Assembly: GCA_001643675.2 (NCBI GenBank)
Contig: LSRY02000004.1
Location: forward strand, 1,426,001 to 1,490,000
Length of the DNA stretch: 64,000 nt
Direction: 5' to 3'
Source of the DNA: Monocercomonoides exilis PA203
Lineage: Eukaryota > Protista > Preaxostyla
Positions 39,351-50,600 of this stretch are shown here, in pieces (position 1 is the first letter of the stretch; each line of letters starts with the position of its first letter). The position numbers and the translations under genes are program-made. The notes under the pieces are model-generated. The model ran no database searches, was not told the origin of the DNA, and saw nothing but the letters and a program-made list of their open reading frames with translations.

Positions 39351-41245
39351 TCATTCAATCATTTGGTTTATTCTATAAAAACAAATTGCACCATTCCATC
39401 CTTCATTTGCCATTGCTTTCCAATATGCTTCATTGAAATGGGAATTCACCTGAGATATAACTCCATCATTGCACTCCAGCAGACTAAGCTCCCCAGTCGA
39501 TTCATCTCTTCCATCAACAACAACTGCTATAAAATGACCAATAGGCAAAGGTTTCATCGAATGAAGGACATATCCAATGAAATTGTAATCAATCCTAGGA
39601 AAGAAAGAAAACTCATGTTTCAGTTGATTTGTTGCACATGACGTCACCACCATCGATTTCGGAGTGGATCCACTTCCATGAAATGTGATAGTTTTGGGCG
39701 GTTGCATAACAGGGGAGTTTTCCTTTGAGCTATGATAAATTGCAAGGATTTTTGGGAACCTGTCAATTTGTGTCCAATACAAAAATGAAGTCTTGCACCC
39801 ACAATAAGCATCAACACATGGTTCCTCAGTTGATAACTGATCTGTTGCAGACAATGACAAATTTAACCCCTTCACAATCGATGGATGCATGATGGTGAAA
39901 TAAAACGAAGGATTTTGGTTATGAACACGAACATGAGAACACTTCACACACAGTTTGAATGAAGATTGCTTCACTGTGAAGTCTTTCTTGACATTGCACC
40001 CCTCCAAAAATGCATCGTTCAGAATTGCTTCATATGCCGTTGTGACCCCTAATGGATCAGATTTGCTCCCACCATGTTTTTGCACAAAATTCATAAATGC
40101 TGGAGTTCCCCACACTTTGTTTGTCACAGTTCTCCCTCTGATTGCACTGAAAAGTCTTCTGAAAATATACACTCCTCCACGTCTTTTTTTGATATCATAT
40201 TGCACTCCAAACGATGCCAGACATTGACAAATAGAAGCTAAAGCACATGATGATCCAAAATTTTTCAACTCCCTCCCACAATTCACCAACACCTGAACAT
40301 ATGAACGTGATTCTTTTGGTAAAGGATGAGCTGGAAATAGAAACGAAGGAGGAAATTGAAAAAAGCTACTCATTTGTGGAACTGTTGAAAGAACAGAATA
40401 AGGATTTCCTAATGCTTCCATTGAAGACTGTTGCTTCAAAGCAACAAACAAAAAAATAAACAAATAATTATTGATTTGCCTGTAAAATTGAATCAGGCAA
40501 TTTTTGAAAAAAAAAAAAAAAACAAACCTCTATTTCCATTTTCATTCCTCCTCCTTTAATATCTGAACATTTTTTATCTTTGCTCATTTTTAAACATTCA
40601 TCGCTCTCCGTTTCTTCATCGTCGCTTTCTTCTTCTTCAGACATTTGATCAACCACTTCATCTTCGTCTGAAGATATTACACTGTAACTTGATGAAGAAG
40701 ATTGCTTCCGAAAAATTGATTGAATTGAATTCTCTTCCTTTTTATCCTTCAAACATTCACCCAAACAGTTGATCTTGTAATTGAAATCTTGTATCAGTTC
40801 TTGCTGAGAAAACCACTCAGTCAGACACAGCAGCATTTTTTCTTGGATATACGGGTTCGATTCATTGAACGGGAGCTTCAATTTTTGGACAATCTTATGT
40901 AATGGTGCTTTTTTATATACAAATAATAAAAAAATAAAAACATAATAAATATCAAAATAAAAAATTATTAATTACAAAAAACAAAGAAAATAAAGGAAAA
41001 ACAAAAAGCAAACATCCATAATTTTTCATCAGATTATTCATTAGCGAGTTTCCGGGGATCGATTTGATAAAAAATTCGAAGAGGACTTTATTTGCATGAT
41101 CAACTGACATTTTTCTGAAAAAGTTCGATAGCATGTCCACATCATTCATTATGCTTTGTTTTCTCATGCTTGTGTGCGCACGGGAAAATCGAGAACCAGA
41201 CAACCTCCCACTTGACATTATGAATTTCCTTTTATTGGGTTTCAT
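39351..41245 (-). CDS. Transposon accessory protein (~562 aa): transposase-like N-terminal domain plus USP (peptidase C19) domain, no DDD domain
   Basis: Exons 41245-41014, 40907-40528, ~40427-39351 (GT-AG, in frame); Cys box LKNFGSSCALASICQCL, CxxC fingers, His box GHFIAVV...ECNDG. Confidence 0.82.
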
Positions 41246-41394
41246 CAGATTTTCACTAAAAATTTCAATTTGAAATATTTAATTCACATTTATAATAAAA
41301 AAAAATTATAAACTCTCTGGCTTTGGAAAAAAATCCAAAATCCTTTCATTCATCGAGAAAAAAATAAATTCAATTTTTTCTGTTTGAAAATTAA

Positions 41395-41600
41395 AAACAA
41401 TGACGATCACAAAATGACAATATTATCATGTGTCTGATTTATGCCGGAAATGATAAATAACGACATATGTACTTTATTTATTGGAAAAAAACTGTTTTCT
41501 GCTCCTTGCACTTTCCCCCCTTTAGCACTTTTTTTTTGATCTTTTTGACTCCTTCGAATTTTGAATTATGGATCTGATTCTTTTTTCATTGAAGAACAAT
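41395..41600 (+). repeat. Diverged third copy of the inner part of the 469-bp repeat, between the two divergent genes
   Basis: AAACAATGACGATCAC...CCTTTAGCACTTTTTTTTTGATCTTTTTGAC...GATTCTTTTTTCATT aligns with ~38753-38960. Confidence 0.7.
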
Positions 41601-41899
41601 ATTATATATATTTTTAAGAACTTTTTATGTGAGAATGATATTTTTCATAAGACAAGAATATTTATGTGATGAATTTTTCAATAAACCTTCAATTTAAGAA
41701 TACTTAAATTTTTCCAATTTTTTTCTGATAAGAAATTTTTAAAATTTTTTTCTATAATTCAAATCATGTTAAAAAATTTTTTTAACAATTTTGGGTATAG
41801 TCAAATAATGAAAAAATAACAATACAAATTTTTTTAAATTAAAAAAAATTTATTTAGAATAATTGTGATTTACCATAAGAAAACATTTATTAGAGAAAA

Positions 41900-44209
41900 A
41901 TGTCGTTTTCTAAACGCGAATCGACATTAAATTCTCGATGCAATGTTCTATGGCAAGAAATAAAGCGCATCGGCGGAAATGACGTGGATTCGTTGCTTGC
42001 CTATTTGTTTTACACTTACAGGCAATCATCTTCAGTAATTAATGATTTACTGAAGTCTTTGAATGGTTTGGTTTTTTATTTTTTTGTATTGTGTTAAAAA
42101 TGTTATTTTGACTCTCGATTATTTTTTTCATTTGTATTTGTTTATTATTTATTTTTTTTGAAACAGAATATCACATAAAGCTGCTGGAAGACCTGTCTGT
42201 GGTGTACAACAACGCTCCATTGCACACTCAGACAACAATGCTGCAGGCGTTGTCTCGAAACACATCATTATCCGATTTACAGGACTATGGATATGATGTC
42301 ACAGAAGGAAAATTTATTTATGCGAAGCAAACGCTCAAAAAGAACCAAGGATTTATCATTCCTCCACAAAAACCTCATCTTCCGTCTTGCAAAAGTGGTT
42401 TGTTTTTATTTGAATTTTTTTTTTTGAATAATTTTCTCTGTTTATTTTAGGCTTAAATGAACAGGATTGGGAAAAGGGCAACAACTGGATGTTAGCCCAT
42501 TCAACTGAAGCCTCCACTTCGCTTCAGTCAGCAAAGAAAAAGCAGCGAACTGAGCCAGATTACGCAAGATTTATTGATGAAGCAGCTTGGGAAGAAGAAA
42601 TAATTACGGAAAATTCTTCTTCAAATAAAAAACAATCTTCTTCTTCTTCAACATCATCTCAACAAAATAAAAATTCAAAAACCATTTCAGAAAAAAATTC
42701 TTCTTCTTCAAATTCTTCTCCATCTCAAGCTGTTGATGCCCCTGTCAGTACTCCAATTAGGAGAGAAAGGGGTACAACAAAGAATCAAAATAAAAATTCA
42801 AATCACAAACGTCATTCTTCTCCATCTCCAATACCAATTCACAAAATATTCAAATCAAAAACTTCTTCTTCACAAATTTCAATTACAAAAAAATTGAAAG
42901 AAAAAATAAATTCTTCATCATTTCAAAATGATAATGTGTTTGTGAGTGAGCAATTAGTTGATTATGCCACTTCACCCACATTAATTCCACCTCAAGCATT
43001 TCAAACTCTTTTTTCTTCATTTTCTAAAGAGAATGACACTTCAACAGTTCAACAACAAAGCATTCAATCTACAAATAATGAAATATCTATTCAAAACAAT
43101 TCTTCAAAAAATATTTCAAAAAAGAATGCTAAAGAAAATTCAACAAAAAATCATTCTCATTCTCAATCTTCTTCAAATTCATTTAATACTTCGAAAACAT
43201 CATCACAAATAGCAAAAGGATTGCCAAACTTAGGCAACACATGCTATTTGGCTTCTCTTCTTCAATGTTTCTCTTCAATAACTATTCAAAAACCATCTTT
43301 ATTCAAAAAACAAACATCTTTGAAGAACACTCCTTCGCGTGTTGTAAGTGTTTGTCATCAATTGGCTAAAGATGGAACGTCAGTGCGTTCATGGATCCCA
43401 TCTCTTATTGACAAATGGGAAGATTTCTGCAACTATGGCAGCAGACAGCAACAAAATGTTGCTGAGGCGTTTGAAAATCTTCACCGACTTCTTCAAAAAG
43501 ATGAGTTGATAAGCAAGGATTCCTTCAATCCAGTAATCATCACTCATTTCAAATGCCAAAAATGCCAACAAATCACATCACATTTCAATGAATTTTGTAG
43601 CAATATTGTTATCAATTCTTCATCAACGCAACATGGATTATCTTCTCTCTTTGCAACTGAAGTTTTGGAAGGAAAGAATAGTGTCTATTGTGATGCATGC
43701 AAGGAAAAATGCTGTGCTGCGAGATGGGAGGAAATGGCTGCATTTCCAGAGGTGCTAGCCCTCTGTCATGAATGTACTGATTCTGCTAGTTCAGCACCTT
43801 CGAGAACATTACTAATGGAAACAGACAGAGTCAATCAACGCACGTTTTGCAAAGGGTTTTCTTCTAAAGATATTCAACATCTTCAAAAAGATAATCAAGA
43901 AACCATCATATATCATTTTTCTGGACAAATACTATTCAAACGTTTGAATCAAAATAATGGACACTACATTGCTGTTGTAAAAAGGAAAAATGGACATGAT
44001 ATCAAATGGAATGTTTGCAATGATGCTGATATGACAGAATTTGATAATGATAAATGGAATTCATCATGGAAAGATATTTACGCTCAGGGTTACACTCCTT
44101 CTCTTTCTTTCTACACAAAAGAAAAAACAAAACCAACACTATCTGCTATTCAATTTGGTGGTTCTTCTTCTTCTTCAGAAACATCAAATTTAAACACTTT
44201 AAATAACAT

Positions 44210-44253
<44 letters not shown>

Positions 44254-45614
44254 TCATCACTCCACTTCATCCAACAACTTCCATTCCACAACTATCATCA
44301 TCAATTACATCTTTTTATGGATTGGAAGCTTTGAAAGAAAAAAGAAAGAAAATGGGTATCTTTTCTCCCAACGAGAAAAGATTGATCTTCAAGCCCAAGA
44401 CGAAATTATGGAAAGAGTTTACAGAAGAAACAAATATTAAAGTTTCATTATCTCACTTCTACAAACTCACCACCAACTTCTCCAAAGCAAAAAGGCGCAC
44501 AGATCTCTGTGGCATGTGTGAGAAGTTGAACTATTTGGAGAATAAACTCAAATCTTCACAAAACAAAAATGGACTTTCTTCTGCTGAGTTTCACACTCTG
44601 AAACTTCTTCGACAACATCGTCTTGTTGCAGAAATGCAACGAAAACATTATCAATCAACTGTTGATAATCTGAAAGAGGGAGAAGCAGTCTTCGTCTTCG
44701 ACTTCAAAGAGAAGTGGAAACTGCCAATCCGAAAGAACCAACTTCAACAAGAGTTCTTTAACTATCAACAAGTTTCTCAATTCACAATCATCTCACTTCA
44801 AAAAATAAATAATCAACAAATAAAAAGAACATTCAACTTCTTCTCCGACTGCCTCTCAAATGATCACAGATTTGTTATTGAGTGTCTGGAATCTGTGGTC
44901 AAAAGACACTTCTTCGCAGACACTCACACTTTTAAGTTCTTCTGCGATTCAGGTCCACACAACCGAAATCGCTTCCTTCTTCACTTCATCCTCTCCAAAC
45001 AATCCAAACTTCTCAAAAAGAAAAATACTCAACTCAACTTCTTCGCTGAGCACCACGGAAAAAATATTTGTGATAGTGAATTTGGTGCGTTAGTGAATGC
45101 AATCGACAACAATCTTTCGACAGAACACATCACCACACTTCATGACTTAATCAACTTCTTCGAAAACAATATGAATAATTCGACATCAGCTTCTTCAACT
45201 TCACAATCGAACAACTTCTCAACATCATCAAACTCTTCACCATCTTCAACATCTGTCAATGACTCTGTGCATGAGAGGTACTTTGAAGAATATGAACCAT
45301 CTCAACAAATCTCGTGGCCATCATTGTCAGTTCCCCACATGAAAGATTACTTGTATTTTGAGCGCAAGGGCTCATTTGTCTGTGCTTCGGCTGTTGGATA
45401 TCTTCCTCAACGCTCTCTGGTTGCCCTCGAATCTTCGACAATGAAAGAAAAGGTTCAACGAACAAGGAAGTCATTTCACTCTGATATCACATCATCAAAC
45501 TCTTCTCTTCTTTCTCAATCTTCTCAAGATCTTCTTTCAAGGAGATTTGAGCTTCTTCTCGACTCTTCTTCTTTTAATGAATCTCAAAATTGTTCTTTTG
45601 GTGTCCCCTATTAA
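41900..45614 (+). CDS. Sola2-like DDD transposase with inserted USP deubiquitinase domain (~1186 aa, 3 exons)
   Basis: Exons 41900-42065, 42167-42397, 42451-45614 (3561 nt). USP: GLPNLGNTCYLASLLQCF, QQNVAE, CQKC/CDAC, GHYIAVVK..W..CND. Transposase: RTDLCGMCE..H, DFKEK (D 44700), SDCLSND, FFCDSG..NRN (D 44946), FFAEHHGKNICD (D 45072). Confidence 0.88.
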
Positions 45615-45623
45615 GAAACTAGT

Positions 45624-45751
45624 TGTTGTGTATGCTTAGCTGGCACTCTATCGGAAGGGTGCTGGACATGACTGTTCGTATTAGATATTGCAGCCTTCGG
45701 GCTGCAATATCCGGACCTGGATACGACGAACAGCCTCCCAGGTGCACAACA
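45624..45751 (+). ncRNA. Candidate structured RNA element directly after the transposase stop
   Basis: 12-bp perfect stem GATATTGCAGCC-TTCG-GGCTGCAATATC (45684-45711) nested in CTGTTCGT/ACGAACAG and TGTTGTGTA/TGCACAACA stems. Confidence 0.5.
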
Positions 45752-46482
45752 GTTAGAATCCGATTGTTTTCTTGTGCTTTTTGTCCCTATAATGTCCCTA
45801 TAATTAAATTGGTTATTGTCCCGCTTATATTTGTATTAATCGAGATTCATAAATAGAGAGAGTTGTGAGGGAATTCATTGATCTTTGAGTGAGGTTTTTG
45901 GAAGGGAGAGTTGTTGAGAGTGTGAAGTGATGTTTTATTATTGTGTCTGTCTTTTTTCTTTGTTGAATTTGATCTTTTTGAGTCAAAGTGAGAGAAATAT
46001 CAGAAAGGGGAGAGTGGATGGAAAACAGATGGAAAATAGACAAGTTTGTTTTTGAACCTTTAATATAAGTATTCTTTTTTGTTTGGAATTGTCTTTGATA
46101 CCATGAATTTGTTGAAATAGTGCTATTTCTTCTTATATTTTTCATTGTTCAAAATTGTTGATATTTAGTTGATATTTGGTGATTGTTTTATGATTATGTG
46201 ACAGAATTGTGTTTTTTTGAAAGTTATTGAATTTGATTAGAAAATTTCTAACTGTTTTCAATTTTTTAAATGATTAATATCATGAAGTACTTTTTGTTTT
46301 TTTATGTCATTTTGATTGGTGGATGATTGTTATTTTTTGACGTATTTTTTTTCATTTCACTCATTTTTCTATGATTTTCAGTAAAACTCAATTACAAAAA
46401 TGAAACACATTTTTGAAACGACCACTCATCTAATCATTCAGTAATGCATGAAAAATGAAAAAATATGACACATATTCAACAA

Positions 46483-46951
46483 CAATTTTGAATGAAAAAA
46501 AGGATCCGACCCTATATTTTATTTTTTTCGAGGGCAAAAAGATCAAAAAATTACGCGCTAAAGGGCGAAAATTGCAGATTTCAAAAAGCAGTTTTTTGGT
46601 TATAGATGAAGTTAAATCGATGAAATAAACCATTTTGAACAAAAAAAAGTGGCATCGAGATTCTGATCCTTCTGTCATCTTCATTGTTTGAAGCGGAAAA
46701 CAGAAGTTTTTTCCATGAATACAAGTTTTTAAAATTCAGAAAAAACATTTTTCTAACTCTTATCACATAAATAACTATTAAACAAAAAATCAAAAATTTT
46801 CTGATATTTGTTTTTTTTTTAATAAATATTCAAAAATTCAAAAAGATATGGTTCTGATTAAAGCTGGAGTTTTGTTTCTTTCATTTTTTTAAAACCACTT
46901 GCTTTTCCAACTTTTTGCGGGTTTGCTAATACTTTCTATTTTTTAATGTTT
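46483..46951 (-). repeat. Right copy of the 469-bp internal inverted repeat
   Basis: Reverse complement of 38491-38959. Confidence 0.95.
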
Positions 46952-47649
46952 GTAGTAATGCTATTATTTCTCAAATATATTTTTTATTTACCACTTTTTT
47001 TAAAAAATATGTCAAAATATATTCAAAATCTTTTTATTTTATATTTGTTTGTCAGTAATATCTGATTCTTATAATGTTGGCCTGTATATATCTTGCATTG
47101 TAGTTTCTATTGAAATGGTTTTTAAAAATAAAGAATTTCATCAGATTCTGCTTTCAACCGAACATATTTTCTGGCGCTGATTGAGTTCACTCTGCTGCTC
47201 GTACACCAACAAGAAGAATGAAATATCATGCATTCATTCATCTTATTGGCGAGTTGCATCAATGATTGAAACAGTGGCATTTTTTTTTAATGTGAAAGTG
47301 CTTTCACAGCGCGTTGTGGCTAATGCAATGAGACGGGGAATTCAATTGTTTGTCGGCTGGAGACAGCAGTGGAAGAGCAAGAAAGGTAAAAGAATGCTCA
47401 TGTTTTATGCAGGACAAGGGAGATTTGTTTTGTAGAAACAGAACTGCAGAGAAAGGAAACGAACGAGAACTAAAGATGGAGGTAAGATAAAGGAATGAGA
47501 AGCAAGAGAGGTAGAATAGAAAATAAGAAAGGTTATTTTGTTCAATCTATTTAATTCAATCTTCTTTTTTTTTTTCAATTTTGAACTTAATAATTATAAT
47601 TTCAAGATCCTTGCATGATTTTTTATTATTTTTTCTCTGATTCAGATAC

Positions 47650-50600
47650 AGATAACATTCTCACATGGCTTTTTTTGACGAAGCAGATGCGTCAGTTGAA
47701 TATGCTAGTCTCAGAATTGCGAGCAGAAAACAGATGGTGCGGCGTTGGTGTGCGTCCATTTGGTTGGTGATGGGCTGAAACATGGGGTGCCGAGAGTTGA
47801 TAGTCGAAGTACAAAGTGCAGTAGTCGATTGGGCTGTTTGAGTGGAAGATGCAGGAGCATCGGCAGAACCTGGCGCGGATGCGGGAGTTTGATAAGCCAC
47901 GAAAGACATAGCGGACAGCTGGAGCAGCAGAAGTGGTGTCGCCGACGCTGCTACTGCTGAAGCCGCGGGGGGAGTTCTATAAGGAATCGGAGCTTTCGTG
48001 CGTGACTGCGGTGCATAAGAAGAAAATTATCTGGGAAGATAACAAAGTGTTAGTGAAGCTGCTTGAGTGCAAGAAGTGTGAGCCTTGTGAAGTTGTGTTA
48101 AAGATACGGGAGACATGACGGGAGCTGAACTGAAAGATGGGAGATAAGAATGTGAAGAGGATGGAGGTGGAGATGAGCAAGAGGATGATTGCGAGTCAGT
48201 CGATGGAAGAGAGAAAGTGGAAGAGAGAGAAGAAAAAGAAGGAGATGAAGACAATGAGAACTGCAACAAGATGGAGGATGAGAGAGAAGAACGAAATTTT
48301 GTTCAGCGGAGATAACATAGAAGGGAAATTGACGTCGCCAATTGAGAGAGAAAGAGAAAGAGGAAATAGAATTGAACACGAGGGTTCTTTATAGACAGAG
48401 AAAGATGGCATTTCCAAAAGCAAAGTCGATAGAATGATACATTTGGAGTCATTTGATGGAGGCAGAACATCTCTCGTTATTCCTTCCTGCGAAGAATGGC
48501 TGCTGTCAGGAAAAGTTGTGGCAGACGAAGAGTTTTTGAGTTCCATTCAACAAATGAGGGAGACAGAAGTGGCAGGGGCAAATGCTATGAGAAGGAACAG
48601 AAGAGGAGATGGGTCATTTTGTGTTGAAGACGAAGAGGAAGAAGAGAGAAGGAAAAACGAGCTGAGTGTACTGAACGGGAGTGAGTCTGAAGCATCAATA
48701 TCGACTTCGAAGAAAAGCATACGTGCTTGTGATACGTCTTCAGTGATTTTATCATTATCATCTTCAATGCCTTCTTCCTCTTCTCGGAGAAGCAAGACGT
48801 TTTTCCGCGATCCAAAGGATGAATCCAAAATGACAGCGAAAAGGAAGAAATGCAGCAAGGATGACATGGTTCTGTTCCAAGAAGACGAAGATTATTACTT
48901 CTGGTCAAAGAACACAACTGCAAACAAATCATTAAGCCCATCTATTTCTCAATCACAGGCATCGTCTTCATCTTCCCCTCAGATTTCTTCATGATTTCTC
49001 CACAATGTGCCAGCAAACACACAAAGGCTCCACGAAGCAACCTTCTTGTGATGATGGAAGGGATGAAGAGGAGGAAAGAGGAGAAGAAGAACACAGATTC
49101 TCTTTCGCTATGCTCATCACTGACACCTGAAAGGATACTGACTCTGATTTCAGCTAATGATATTGCGCCTGCAGATGACAAGTGGTTTGAGGAGAAAGAG
49201 AAAGATGTGGATGTAGTGAAAGGAGCAATAAACGAAGGCGAGAATGAAATTTGACGAAAGATTGAGGCGAATAAAAGAAAGGAAGTTGAGAGAAGAAAGA
49301 GAAAGAGAAGCAGAAAGAATGAACAACTTGCCTTTTAACCAGCAAAATGCTATTAACACAACGTTAAATGGACCAAATCAGACTCTTCAGTCAACGCTCC
49401 AATCAACTTGATCAGCATCCTTCTCTTCTTCTCCTTCCTCCTCTTCCTTATCATCATCTTATCATCTTCTCTATCCTCACATATTCCATCTAATTTCAAT
49501 CTTGTTGCCAATGCTTTGTCTTTTTCACATCAATCACTTTTCCCCCTCTTTCAATGTGATCTTTTCTCCTTCTTCCACCTACATTCAAACTCCCACTTAT
49601 CAAATGAAGCATCCCGTTTCAATGCCCACTTTGCTTTCCTGAGCCAAAATTGACGGCTAATCCAAACCACATCGAACGAATTGAGTTGGAGAAAGCGATA
49701 TAGCCGAAGATGGAGAAGATGCAGAAGAATGAGGCAGAGAAGGATACAAAGGAGCAGCTGGAGGAAGAGAAGGAAAACTCGGAGAAAGATCAGGAAAAGC
49801 TCGAAGACGAGCAGAAGAAGGCGCTGGAGCAGGCTGAGAAGAAGCGGGAGGCATTTGCCTCGTATCTGAAGAAGAAGAAGATTGAGAGAAGCGAATCGAA
49901 TTTCAAAAGTGGAGCAAAGCAGAGGAAGGTGCGGATGAAGGAGAATGTTGAATCGCTTTCTTGTTGTTTGGATGATGAAGGAGCTGTCGATTCGAGATGA
50001 TCTGTATTTTGACAGACAGGCTGTTCTATTTGGAAGCTTTGGAGATGTGTTTCCCAATAAAAGCACATTTTCAGCTGCAGAAGAAGGAAAAGATAGTATT
50101 TCTGAAAACTTATCTTCTTCAAAAGAACAACAAAAGAAGAAGAAAAAGAAGAACAAGAAGAAAATTGCATTTAAATAGAACAAAAACATTCGGAGCAAAA
50201 GCGAAGCGAAAATGCGAAGGCGTTTTTCGATGTTTAATTTGAGAGATTATTTTGCTTCTTCTTCTGCTCCTTTGCAGAAAAGCATGCTATTTGATGAATG
50301 TCTTGTGAAATACAAAGAAAATTTGCAAGCACATCAAAAAAAGCGTGAAAGAAGCTTCTTCTTCTTCTTTTCCTCTTTGGATTCTTCTGCTAATAGTGGT
50401 GAAGCTGAAGTTTCGCAGCCTTATTTGCCATTTCCAAGTACATCTGCTTCTTCTTCTTCTTCTTCTTCTTCTTTAAAGCCTCACTCACATTCTCATTCCT
50501 CAAAGTCATCCATTCAAAACCCAGCTCATCAACAACTACCTTATCACCTTCCTCAACAGCTGTACCAACTGCTTCATCATCATCACCTTCTTCTTCAACT

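Noticed and set aside
38926-46516. TATA|GGGTCGGATCC...GGATCCGACCC|TATA as ends and TSD of an inner element
   Set aside because: TATA is self-complementary and lies inside the 469-bp inverted repeat, which continues ~435 bp outward, so the apparent TSD is automatic; it also breaks the A-N-N-T pattern.
38649-46793. Duplicated small ORFs (MIFCLIVIY.., MKMTEGSES..)
   Set aside because: By-products of the inverted repeat; AT-rich and not protein-like.
36684-50000. TGA recoding (selenocysteine or readthrough) in the arm genes
   Set aside because: Frameshifts and TAA/TAG stops also occur, and intact genes in the window end in TGA; decay is the simpler explanation.
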